In this document: positions 12,459 to 24,400 of the stretch, one piece after another
How positions within the stretch are numbered: the stretch's first letter is position 1
How the letters are laid out: every line of letters begins with the position of its first letter
From: Octopus bimaculoides
Taxonomy: Eukaryota
Reading direction: 5' to 3'
Assembly (NCBI RefSeq): GCF_001194135.2
Contig: NC_068985.1
Location: 64,816,610 to 64,866,390, forward strand
Length of the DNA stretch: 49,781 bases
Translations under genes and position numbers: made by a program
Notes under the pieces: generated by a model
What the model saw: the letters and a program-made list of their open reading frames with translations, nothing else
Databases searched by the model: none
Told to the model about the DNA's origin: nothing

Positions 12459-12694
12459 GTTGTCCCTCAGTCCACATTATACTCACTCCACACATTTTTG
12501 GGGACTGAAGTTTTGTTTTTTCTCTTTATGTATAGAGAAGCACAACTTTTTCATTTCTGTCTTGTTTTTTCATATTTTCTCTTCATTTTACTTTTGTTTC
12601 ATTTTTTTGATTTTGAAGTAAACTACTCTAAAGTTAGCATCATTATTTTGTTTTTATAGTTTTAAATATTTTAAAGATTAAACCAGAATTTCAA

Positions 12695-12850
12695 ATGTCA
12701 CCTAAGTCAATTTCTCTAGAAAGGCTATTATATTAAATCAAATTCAAAATGGAAAAGTGATAACAGAAACTATGAGACATTTCAACATAAATGAAGCATT
12801 TGTTTCAACAGTTAAAAGATTTGAACAGAAATTCGAAGACAGTATATTTC
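12695..12850 (+). pseudogene. Possible pogo/Tigger-type transposase N-terminal HTH remnant
   Basis: ATG TCA CCT AAG (MSPK), then after a frameshift RKAIILNQIQNGKVITETMRHFNINEAFVSTVKR, resembling a CENP-B/psq HTH. No DDE domain or TIR seen. Confidence 0.35.
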
Positions 12851-13550
12851 CTGGAACTTTAGTAACTTTTATATTAGAGACTGTGTGTGTTTATATCAGA
12901 GAGACTGTGTGTATGAGAGAAAAAGAGTGGGGGGAGAGAGAGAACATTGAAAATAACAAATGAAATAAACAGGAACTGAAAAAATTGTATAAATAAAAGC
13001 TCGTTAAAAACTATTAGCATTCTTTGGGTTGAACCTCCAGAAATGCCAACATAAACTGCTGGTTTTTGTTAATTTCTGTAAAAATTTTTATCCATTTTCT
13101 TTTGTTTTAAAGTGAAAGAGAGGAGAAAATGAAAGATGTAATGTATGCATGTGTATTTATGTATGTACATATACATGACAACACACCAATTCACACATTC
13201 TCTCTCTCACTCACACACAAACATACATACATAAATGTATACAAATGTACATACAAAAACACACATGTGCGTGTGTGACTGACTACAAATACATAGAGCT
13301 GTACACGGCGCACGAAAAGTAAATAAGTAAAAATTGTTATGGAAATGAATGAAGTGTGCGAGTCCAAGCAAAAGGATGTCAAACTATCTTGTACCGAATA
13401 TTTGAATTTGTGAACTTGAAATACCCAATAATAAAAGGAAGTTCAGAAAGTAAATTTGCATGTAAACTTCAATTTATAAAAAATCTCACTTGCTTAGTAA
13501 ACATTTCTTTCAATAATTTATTGTAGTTGTAATATATCTGTAATTTAAAG

Positions 13551-13761
13551 GGCAGTGAGCTGGCAGAAACGTTAGTACGCTGGGCAAAATGCTTAGGGGT
13601 ATTTCACCTGTCTTTACGCTCTGAGTGCAAATTCCGCTGAGGTCAACTTTGCCTTTCATCCTTTCGGGGTTGATAAATTAAGTACCAGTTGCGTACTGGG
13701 GTCGATCTAATAGACTACCTCCTCCCCAAAAATTTTGGGCCTTGTGCCTAGAGTAAAAACA
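13551..13761 (+). mobile_element. Complete SINE (second family) with a perfect 20-bp target-site duplication
   Basis: Body ggcagtgagctggcagaaacgttag...gaggtcaactttgcctttcatcctttcggggttgataaattaagtaccag. Flanked by identical aatatatctgtaatttaaag at 13531-13550 and 13762-13781. Confidence 0.9.
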
Positions 13762-14143
13762 AATATATCTGTAATTTAAAGAAATTTCAAGGTAACCCTA
13801 GCATGTTTAGCATGCTAGAAATAACAGTGATCACATTGTTATTATTGTAAGGTTTATAGTGTTCTAGACAGCCATACCAACAAAATCATTTCTACATTAA
13901 AAAAAAAAATTATACTGGTATACTGTGTCATGGAAGCTTCAAAGTTATGCAGCTATTTTGTCCAATAGCATTCATTCATTCAATAAAAAATTTTTTTACA
14001 TTACATATATAGAATAAACTGCATTTTGCAAATAGCGAACTGAAACTTGAAATGAATGTAAATGAAATTATCGTTAATGAAAGTAGAGGTGTGAGAGATT
14101 GTTGCAAATTAAAAATGGAAAATTTCTCCTGCAATAAATTAAT

Positions 14144-15210
14144 ATCATCATCATCATCGTTTAACATCTGCTTTGCATGCTGGGCCAGTCAAGCGGTACT
14201 GGCAACGGCCACGCTCAAATGGTGTTTTTTACGTGCCACCTGCACAGGAGCCAGTCCAGCGGCACTGGCAATAACCTCGCTCGAATATTTTTTCACGTGT
14301 CACTGGCACAAGTACCAGTAAGGCGAAGCTGGTAATATCACGCTTGAATGGTGCTTTTTATGTGCCACCTGCACAGAAGCCAGTCAGCTGCTCAGGCAAT
14401 GATCATGCTTGGATGGTGCTCTTAGCGCTCCACTAGCACGGATGCCAGTCATGCGGTACTGTCATCGAATTTGATTTCAATTTCGATTTCACTTGCCTCA
14501 ACAGGTCTTCACAAGCAGAGTTTAGTGTCCAATGAAGGAAAGGTACACATAAGTGGGCTGGTTACACCTTTGGCATAGGCCACGGGTTATGGTCTCACTT
14601 GGCTTTCCAAGTCTTCTCAAGCATAGCATATTTCCAAAGGTCTCGGTCACTAGTCATTGCCTCGTTGAGGCCTAATATTCAAAGGTCGTGTTTCACCACA
14701 TCCCAGGTCTTCCGGTCTACCTCTTCCACAGGTACACTCAACTGCCAGTGTGGCACTTTTTCACACAGCTATCTTCATCCATTCTCACCACATGATCATA
14801 CCAGCGCAGTTGTCTCTCTTGCACACCACAAGTGATGCTCCTTAGGTCTAACTTTTCTCTCAAGGTACTTACACTCTGTCCAGTATGCACACTGACATTA
14901 CACATCCAGCGGAACATATTGGCTTCATTCCTTGCAAGCTTACGCATGTCCTTAGCAGTCACGGCCCATGTTTCACTGCCATGTAGCATGGCTGTTCGTA
15001 CACATGTCTACCTTTTACTCTGAGCGAGAGGCCCTTTGTCACCAGAAGAGGTAAGAGCTCTCTGAACTTTGCCCAGACTATTCTTATTTTAGCAGCTACA
15101 CTTTCAGAGCACCCACTTGGTCACCTAGGTAACGGAAGCTATCAACTACTTCTAATTTTTCTCCCTGGAATGTGGCAAAAGTTGTTCTCTGCACATTTTC
15201 AGTGTTTATT
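14144..15210 (-). mobile_element. 5'-truncated RTE subfamily A copy (ORF2 3' end, 3'UTR with internal deletion, (GAT)n tail)
   Basis: LHGSETWAVTAKDMRKLARNEANMFRW..ERQLRWYDHVVRM (14738-14989). Nucleotide match to 5720-6750. ATC tail at 14144-14158. Confidence 0.93.
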
Positions 15211-15654
15211 AAATATTCTGCACAGTGAATGCAATGAATATTTAAATTAGAGAAAAACTTCTTGTTCAAATATTCAATAAACTTCAGAAATTGAAATTAC
15301 AGGAAATTTCTTGGAACATGAATTTATAAAAAAATTTCCAGACAGTCAAGCCTTTAATGCTTTCTTTCAGTAACTGATGTTTTGCAAACAACTTGCACAT
15401 GCGAGAGCTACCAGTTGAAAGCTCCACATACCTGAAGCCAGCAAGTGTATGGGGTCATCAGGAGAGAATGCATGCCGTTTTGGGGCCTACCTTTCTACAT
15501 ACCTAATTAATAAGCAGCTTTCTCCATTATATTATAGATAGTGGAAACAGCTCTATCATTTTATATTGAAAAAATGTATTCCACCAGTACCTATTTAATT
15601 TAATATACACACATACGTGTGTGTGTGTATACACACACATACATATATAGACAT

Positions 15655-16350
15655 AATCATCATCATCATCTAATGTCTGTTTTCCATGCTGGCATGGATT
15701 ATACAGTTTGACAAGGAACTGACAAGCCAAAGAGCTGCACCAGGCTCTAGTTGCCTGTTTTGGCATGGTTTCTATGGTTGGATGCTCTTCTTAATGTCAA
15801 GGGTGTGGGTGCTTTTTATGTGGCACCAGCACAGGAGCTTTTTTATGTGATGCCAGCATGGGCACTTTTTACATGGCACCAGCACCTGCAGGGTCACTAA
15901 GTAGCTTGCAAGACAAAGACTTCTCAGCTGAGGGAGAGAGACAAATGGTTGTGTGTCAGGTGAGAGGTTGGAGGGACAGGGATAGCTGTCTTGCTACAGA
16001 GATACTTGGCTACTCCAGTAGGACAAAGAAGGAGAGGAAGATGGGAGAGCATTAGAGAGAAAGATAAAGACAGAGATATGGGTAGGCTCTGAAAGAGAGA
16101 GAACCTACCCATAGGTAACAGTGGGGGGAGTATAAGTAGTACAGAGGGGATAGAGATGTTCCATAAGAGTGTGAGGGGAGAGTGGGAGATAGCAAGTGAT
16201 GGTGAAAGGAATTGGAGTGGCTGAGAGGTGGATATGGTAGATATGTAAAGGCATAGAAAGTTTGCAAATAGGCACATGAGGGAAAGTGGAACATCCTGCA
16301 GTAGGGGAGGAGGGGGAATACATATGCATACATACGTACATATATCTGTG
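15655..16350 (-). mobile_element. 3' terminal fragment of the long-3'UTR RTE subfamily (B/C type)
   Basis: ATC tail and shared RTE terminus (tgtctgttttccatgctggcatgg); motif agggtcactaagtagcttgcaagacaaa (15890-15917) shared with 34485 and 40348; then a purine-rich tract. Confidence 0.7.
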
Positions 16351-16354
16351 GTGC

Positions 16355-16655
16355 CGGCATGGCACTATGGTTAAGAAGTTTGCTTCCCAACCACATGATT
16401 TCAGGTTCAATCATGCTTTATGGTACCTTGAGCAAGTGTCTTCAACTATATCCATGGACTAACCAAAGCCTTGTGAGAGGATTTGATAGACAGAAACTGA
16501 AAAAAGACTCTCATGTGCATGTATGTGTGTGTGTGTGTATTCTTCTCTTGACATTGTGTCGCTATCATGCAAACAGGATCATTCAATTCCAATGAATAAA
16601 TATTACCTTGTTTGGAAATAGATGAAGATTGACAACAAGAAGGGCATCAGCTGCC
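16355..16655 (+). mobile_element. tRNA-headed CORE-like SINE with an RTE-related tail fragment
   Basis: Head ggcatggcactatggttaagaagtttgcttcccaaccacatg, core ggtaccttgagcaagtgtcttc and a (GT)n tract. Tail aagaagggcatcagctg resembles the RTE 3'UTR segment aggaagggcatccagctgtag. Confidence 0.85.
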
Positions 16656-16995
16656 TAAGGAGGGCTCACCTTGAATGTAAGGTAATATCTATTTTACCAT
16701 CTGATCAAGCCAATTCACCAATATGAATACAATTTTCTGTTGTTACCTCCACTTCTGGAGGTAATATATTGGCCATCATGCTATGTACAGTGTTGCAATT
16801 TACAATGTTAAGAAATTAAAAAATGAAATGACATGAACTGTATGAATTCTATAAACATTTTTCATGTCCCTCAAATTCCCAGTAATGGACTGTTTCTACA
16901 TATAAATTTTTTGTCTTGTTCCTCTTGTTTATATATATTTTTCATTTTGCATGCTTTTTTGTGTTGTGTTTCTAATGTTCATTCATGCACATGCT

Positions 16996-17463
16996 CATGA
17001 CTGGCATCCATGCTAATGGAGCGCTAAGAGCACCATCCGAGCATGATCGTTGCTTGAGCAGCTGACTGGCTTCCATGCCGGTGGCACGTAAAAAGCACTG
17101 TTCGAGTGTGATCATTACCAGCGTTGCCTTACTGGCACTTGTACCAGTAGCACGTGAAAAAATATTCAAGTGAGGTCATTGCCAGTGCTGCTGGACTAGC
17201 TCCTGTGCAGGTGGCACATAAAAAACACCATTTGAGCATGGCCGTTGCCAGTACCGCCTGACTGGCCTTCATACCGGTGGCACGTAAAAGCACTCACTAT
17301 ACTCTCGGAGTGGTTGGCCTTAGGAAGAGCATCCAGCTGTAGAAACTCTGCCAGATCAGATTGGAGCCTGGTGCAGCCATCTGGTTTGCCAGTCCTCAGT
17401 CAAATCGTCCAACCCATCCCAGCATGGAAAGCGGACGTTAAATGAACAATGATGATGATGATG
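16996..17463 (+). mobile_element. RTE subfamily A 3'UTR-only insertion with (GAT)n tail and 7-bp TSD
   Basis: Reverse-complement match to 14180-14455 and 5530-5830. Tail gatgatgatgatg. acatgct flanks both ends (16989-16995 and 17464-17470). Confidence 0.92.
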
Positions 17464-18699
17464 ACATGCTGCTTTTCATGCATACACTAACACAAAAATT
17501 ACTTGTTCTATGCCTTTTTATGCATTCTATTTTGTATGCAATTCATCTGCACATTTCAAATGCACACTTGCAGATGTAACTACAGCTGAAATTTGTTTTG
17601 TTGACCATAAATGTTTGTCCTACAGACTACATATTGATCACGTCATAGTATACTTATAACCTTGCAACATAATTATGTTCAACATCTCATTCATAAACCA
17701 CATTTGATTTTTTTTCCTGTTATTTACTTGTACATGCACTCTACCCCATCCATCATATATACAAATCACATTGTTATCTTACTTTACAGTAGTTTATGCA
17801 TGAATGTTTTCTTTTTCTTGGAGATCTCAACTTTTTCTGCATTTTTGCTTTTAGCTTGAACAACATTGCAACAAACATGCATGCATACATTCAGTTACAT
17901 TCATGCATCCTAGTATGTGTCCCTCTTCAATTCGTTTCCAGTTCTGTGTCAACTCTAACCTGTTGGATCCTGCACTTAATGTCAGTTCACACTGCAGTTT
18001 TACTTTTAATTTGTGATTGAATTTGCTTCACAGCTTAACTTGAATTATAGTAGGCAGTGTTAACTGCCTACTCTATTCTCCTGGCATTTTCAAAAAAGAA
18101 CACAGACTATGCTTTCGGTGCTCTTGCTTTCAGCCATTTCTCCTCTATATATGACTTCATTCAGGTCATAATTTGTATAGAGGAAATTTACTCAGCGCAA
18201 CACATTCAACATGTCTTTTTCAGTTTGTCATACTTGATTTACTTGCAGCACTTACTCATGACCACAGTACTTGACCCACTTGGCCTCTGCTCTTCCTTCA
18301 AGGCACCTACCAGTGTGTACATGCACATCTCGAGAAAACTTTCTGTTACATTATGGATTGAGGATATGTGGCTTTAATTTTTCTCAGTTCCTTGCAATGC
18401 AAATTGGCAGTTGCACTATATTCAGACCCACCTGAATATTATACTGTATTATATTCAGAATCACTTGAATATCACACGCATACTTATTTGCAATCTGGTA
18501 CTTCACTGTTCAAACTTACTCAAATACATACACATTCCTGTACAATTTGCTGTGTCCTTCAGGATCCTGTTTTCTGGATGCATGATCCTACTGTATGGTT
18601 AATTATCTCAAGATACAATTAAATTTTCACTTGATGTTGATGAATAGCATGCATGTTTTCACACACTATTAGTGTCATGGAGATAATTTTAAAAAATTA

Positions 18700-21040
18700 G
18701 GATTTGCTGAGAAATCCATTGGGCATTGTTATATCCTACCATCTACCCCAATATAAAGTAACAAGGAGCTGTTGCCAGCCTTTCTACAGACTATTAACCA
18801 TTTTCCAGTTGCAACTTCTGGAGAGAAATTGCTTACCTGGGATCTTTGTCTTAGAAGAGGGTTTAAGCGAGTCTTCATTACTAATGCACCAACACCTATT
18901 CTTGGAGCTGATCTTTTGTATCATTTCGATGTTCGAGTGAATGTTAATCACCACAGACTTGTTGATTTCACCACTAGTCTAAATGTTTAAGACTTTAGCA
19001 TTAGGTTTTTTTCTCCCTCACTTCTGACTTCTTGGCCTCTTCTTGTCCAAGCAAATATGATGCTATTTTGTGCAAGTACCCCAACATCTCTTGCCCTCAT
19101 TTCAAAACCTGTTCTGAAACTCATTCTGTAATTCACCAAATTATTACTGAAAAACCTCCATTAGTTTCTCATCCCTAACAACTTGCTTCTGGTAGTGCTT
19201 AGATTGCCAAAGCAGAGTTCAAGAACATGCTGGAACTGAGCAAGGTTCATTCATCTAGCAGCAATTAGTCGTCTCAACTACAGATGTTCCCCCAAAATCT
19301 CCTGATGACTGGTGGCCTTATGGCAACTATTGAGATCTTAGCATATGTATGTGACCTAACAAGTACCTCATGCCTCATGTACAGGACTTTTCTTCTGCTC
19401 TGCATGGAGCTAAAGTATTTTCAAAAATTGATCTCATTCATGGTTATAATCAATACCCGCTGAGCCCAATGGTATTTCTAAACTGGTTATTACAACAGCT
19501 TTTGGTCTCTTTCTGAACTTTTCAGATGCTATTTGGTTTACACAATTCTTCAAGCTTCCAGCATTTTATCAAAAATGTAGTTCAAAGATTACTGTTCATC
19601 TATGCATAAACTTATGATCTGCTCATTCCAGTGCAAACAAAAATGAATATTAGAAGCATCTTCAGTTACTTTTTATCATCTTTCTCAATATGATCACATC
19701 AACACCAGGCTTTTCTGGTGTTTCCTTTTTAGATTTCCTGGGACATCATATTGACAGAAAAAAACATTTGTCCTCTTAACAATAAGGTCAAATCTTAGAG
19801 ATTTCCCTGCTCTTACTTCATTGAGAAAACTAAGAGATTTTCTTGGCTTGATGAATTTCAATTGACTTACTCTGTTCATTTTTTTTTTTTGTGGAACTCC
19901 TTCAAATCCTCATGGATATCTTATGCAATCATACATACTAGAGCCAGTTCATTATTCTCGATGCTGCAGTCTTCTGTCTTTCTTCAAATCAAGAGCTTCT
20001 TAGCTTACTTTATTCTGTTGGTTTGTCCTAATCCTGATGTACCACCATGTTTGTTATCTGATGCTGGTGCTGGTGACATCCTTCAGCAAAACATTATGTG
20101 AATGGGGCAGTTAGCTTCTCTGTTTTCTAAGTACCTTTTACCAGCTGAAATAAAGTACAATCATTTTGACTGAAAGCTACTTGCAGCATACCTCTGTGTT
20201 GAACATTTCCAGCACATGCTAAAAAAGTTCTATTTTCTCCATCTACACTGATCATAAACTTTTCACATATGCTTTGAATTACAAGCCTGACTGCCACTCA
20301 CCTAGGGAAGTTTGTCACCTCAGCTTCATATCCCAATTTACATCACATTAAAGATTTCAACAGTTTTACTGATACCCTTTCTTATATTCATGTAAGTACA
20401 CTGTACACGCTTGTTTCCATCAATCTCCAGGAGTTAGCTGCTGATCAAGAGTAAAATAATGAGCTCTTTAAACTTCGAAATTATTCTTCTTCTTTAACTT
20501 ACAAACTTCTTCCTCTTTCGTCTTCTTTGGGTCATATTTAGTGTGACATTTCCATGGGTCGCAAACATTCCAGAAACACTTTGGTGCCAATCCACCCTGA
20601 TGCTGATAAGAGCCCATTTTGTGTACACTTTTATCAACAAAGACATTAGGGAATGGGTCAGGAATTGCATTCATTGTCAGACGGCAAAAATTTATCGTAT
20701 TAAAACACCTTTGGGCACTTTCTTAACACGAGATACTTATTTTCAGCATGTGCATATTGACATTGTAGGGCCATTGACTTGTTTTCAAAAACTGTATGCC
20801 TCTTTTGACCAACATGAACCAATTTTCATGCTGGCCTGAAGGCATCTCTCTCTCAGACACCACAGTGTCTAAAGTACTTGTTTTACATTGCATTTTGCAT
20901 TTTGACATGCATGCCAATATCACAACAAATAGAGGACATAGGTTGGTGAGAGTGAGCAGGGCATTTACAGAGATGCAGTCAGCAAAGAAAAGGTTTGTAA
21001 TGAGTTGAGTAAAAGTTCTAGAGTGCAAGCAGTTCTCTAC
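18700..21040 (+). mobile_element. Degenerate Ty3/gypsy pol remnant (protease, RT, RNase H, integrase)
   Basis: PILGADLLYHF (protease end); MPHVQDFSSALHGAKVFSKIDL (RT); FSIYTDHK (RNase H); INKDIREWVRNCIHCQTAK..FQHVHIDIVGPL (integrase). Many stops and frameshifts; no LTRs seen. Confidence 0.88.
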
Positions 21041-21474
21041 CTTTAAGAGGGCATTTTACAATATCGTATTTATGATTTACAACAGTACAAAAATATTCTT
21101 TCAAAACTTCATAATACTAACTCCTGAGTGAAAACAGACCCTGGTGCCACAATAGTTTTACATTAGCTCTACTTCTGTGTTTATTAATACTAGATATTTT
21201 TGTGAAAAACACTTAGTAAAAAGGAAAGTGAAATGAGGATACTAACAGCTCACATTTTATTGGTGACATTGCCTTATGACTTAATCATTTATAAATGAAG
21301 AATTGGCACAATAAACAACATGATTTTGATCATTTTATTTTGATCCTGTGCTAATAGTGAAGATATAAGAGGACATAGAAAATATAGAATTAGCATAGCA
21401 GCTGTAATATTACAGTAAATGCATTAATACTACATATTTTTAACAAATATAGACAACAAAAACAATCACTATTG
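21041..21474. repeat. Unclassified dispersed repeat, copy B (inverted homolog of 3221-3661)
   Basis: See copy A. Begins ctttaagagggcattttac and is cut off on the right by the Tx1-like LINE. Confidence 0.85.
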
Positions 21475-21477
21475 CTA

Positions 21478-24400
21478 CACGTAAAGGACAAGCTCAATAT
21501 AGATGTCACCCAGGAGGTGATAGCTGGGAGACTGGTTATCAGCCTGGCAGACATATCAACCCAGAGCCTGGTGGCAATGCCGGTGAAATGCCCAGCAACT
21601 ACAGAGAGGTTTGGGGAGGTAGGCAGACATAAACTGTCATGCTCCCTCTCACAACCATGAGCAAATTTGTTTTTTTTTTCAATGATTAAGTTAGGTTGTT
21701 TGGATGTGTGTGGAATGGGGTCGAAATGGAAACAGGCTTGTTTCCTGAAAGACCTCATAACACAGAATAGATGTGGCTATTGTAACCAAGTCCAAGTTGA
21801 GTGGACCTCAAGCATTCTCACCTCTTCTGAGTGGCTACGAGAAATTTATTTCTCCTAGCTGAGGAGGAGGTGCAGGCGTGGCAGTCCTTATCAGGAAGAA
21901 CTTGAACTTACAGGTAAGTACTGTCTTTCTGGATCCAGAAGGTAGGCTGGTTGTCCTGGATGTGACTCATGCGAGTAAGCAGTCCTTCAGGTTGGTAGCT
22001 GTCTATGCTCCTAAGGAGTGTAGGCAGTCTGGTTTTTACCGGGACCTGGAGCACTTTCTAGTGACGTCTAAATCGTTAGTTTTGGTAGGGGACTTCAACA
22101 TGATCCTCAATGCACGGGTCAATAGTATGGGCTCTACTGATAGGAAAAGGAATCCTTGCCTCAAGGGTCTATTGGAGAGCTATAATCTAGTAGACTGTTA
22201 CCGACTGGATGAGCCAAGCGTTCCACGGTGGACATGGAGTAACAATGACAGCTCACGCAGATCGTACCTAGATAGGGTATTTGTTAAGGAAGGAGAAAAG
22301 AATAGTGTTAGTTGTCCACAATTTTGTATTGTGCCTTACATGGATCACAAACTTGTGTTGTGTGAGGTACATATAGATAAATGTCATAGACAGGGACCAG
22401 GGTATTGGAAAATGAACAAGTCTATTTTGACTTGTGAAGCTTTCCGTACCTGGATTAAGGTGTTAGTTCAGAGGGCATTATGTGGCACCATCATTAACAA
22501 CAGATGGTGGCACGTCCTCAAAAGAGCCATCTGTTTGGAGTCCATTAGATTTAGCATGTAGCTAAGTTTAGATGGGACTAGAATAGAGGGCGATTTAGTT
22601 AAGAACTTAGATGAGGCAATGGAATCTGGCTCTGCATCCAGTGTGTTGGCAATGAGAACAGTCTTGTACCATCACCTCAACACCAAGTATGAAGGTTGCA
22701 GAGTCAGAGCTAAGCTACGTGCAGGGAAACGAGAAGGTATTAATGTTGCCGGATGGGCAAGTCGTGAGGAGAGTTAGAGAGGTAAAAAGTCCTCTATAAA
22801 GTCTTTAATGGATGAGCAGGGGCACAAGATCTATGGACAGGAGGAGATGCAGAAAGTCTTTCACCAGCATTTCGCTCGGTTGTTCTGGAAGAGTGGTCTA
22901 CTTGGGTGGGGGGAGACCTTAAAGGACTTCCTAGCTGGTGGGCTGTGACTCTCGGCACATGAAGCTGGATTCTGTGAAGGACTGATCACTTTCGCAGAGG
23001 TAAGAGACGTGTTGGCTGAGTGCGCTAGGGCTAGATGGTCTGCCCTATGAGTTTTATCATTGTATGCCGGACTTGTTTGTGGATATACTGGCAGGTGTCG
23101 ATACAAACTGGCAACAGAATGGGAGGATTCCCAGTTCTGTGAGCCGGGGAGTTGTGACGCTGGTCCAGAAAGACCTGAGCAAGGGGTATAGTATCTGTAA
23201 TTATAGACCTATAACTCTACTTAATGTAGAGTTAAAGATTTTGGCCAAAGTGTTAGCAAAAAAGTTGATGGCAGGAACCGTTAAAGATAATCTTTACCTT
23301 CTCCACTACACCTTAGACAGGGTTGGGAAATTAGTCAGCAAAGGAAGGGCATTGGTCCATTTAGACCAAAGGAAAGTGTTCGATAGGGTAGACCATCGGT
23401 TCCTTGGGGGTGGTCCTCAAAGTGGCTGGGCTGGGCCCTGGCTTTCGTGGGTGGATCTCCGCTATGCACAGCGGCATCAAGTCCACAGTCCAAATAAACG
23501 GTTACCTAATGGAGCCGTTTTCAATCAAGCATTCAGTTTGTCAAGGGTGTCCCTTGTCTCCGCTTCTGTACGTTTTGGCTCTTCAGCCATTGCTGCAGAA
23601 GTTGGAAAAGTTAGGGGGCAACCCTAATGAAATCGGGTGCGGTAAGTCTGTTTCTGTTTATGCGGATGACGTCGCCTTCATCATGTCCAACGAAGCACAC
23701 CTACCTCGTGTAGAAGTTGCTCTCCGAGGATATGAAGCGGTGGCAAGGGCAAAACTTAACAAGGACAAGTCCATCGGTTTGCGCCTCAGCACCTTGAGGA
23801 ACAAGCCGATATCATCCAGTATCGTTGGACGCTGGACAGATGGTCCTGTTAAGTTGCTTGGAGTTTAGTTTGGCTCAAACCATCAGACGGAGAAGAATTG
23901 GAGCGAGGTAGTGGACAAGGTGGAGGCCATAGTACGGAAGTGGTACAGGTGTTTATAGCATCTGTAATCACCTACCACCTATCCATTGTGCCTTGCCCCG
24001 ATTTGTGGCTAAACAAGTTGGAAGGGCTCCTTTTCCACTTTTTGTGAAAGGGAAGAAAGCCACTTGTGCGGCGCTCCGTTTGCTGTCAGGAACCGTTAAA
24101 GAATGGGCTGGGAATGCCCTGGCTAAGGATGCGCAGACATGCATTGAGGCTGAGACCTCTCTGGCGCCACCTGGCGGGTGATAATGTGTGGAGTCCGCTG
24201 GCGAAGGAATTCTTCTCGCGACAGGCCCCTTTGAAGAGATTTAAACCCCGTTTCATAAAAAGACGGAATCTGACTTTATGGCAGGAGTGCCGACAGGCAC
24301 TCTGGCTGATGCACAAGACGGGCAANNNNNNNNNNCTGGCTAAGGATGCGCAGACATGCATTGAGGCTGAGACCTCTCTGGCGCCACCTGGCGGGTGATA

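Noticed and set aside
15428-15500. Minus-strand CAG|GTATGT donor with a short open frame (APKRHAFSPDDPIHLLAS)
   Set aside because: No credible acceptor and no supporting homology.
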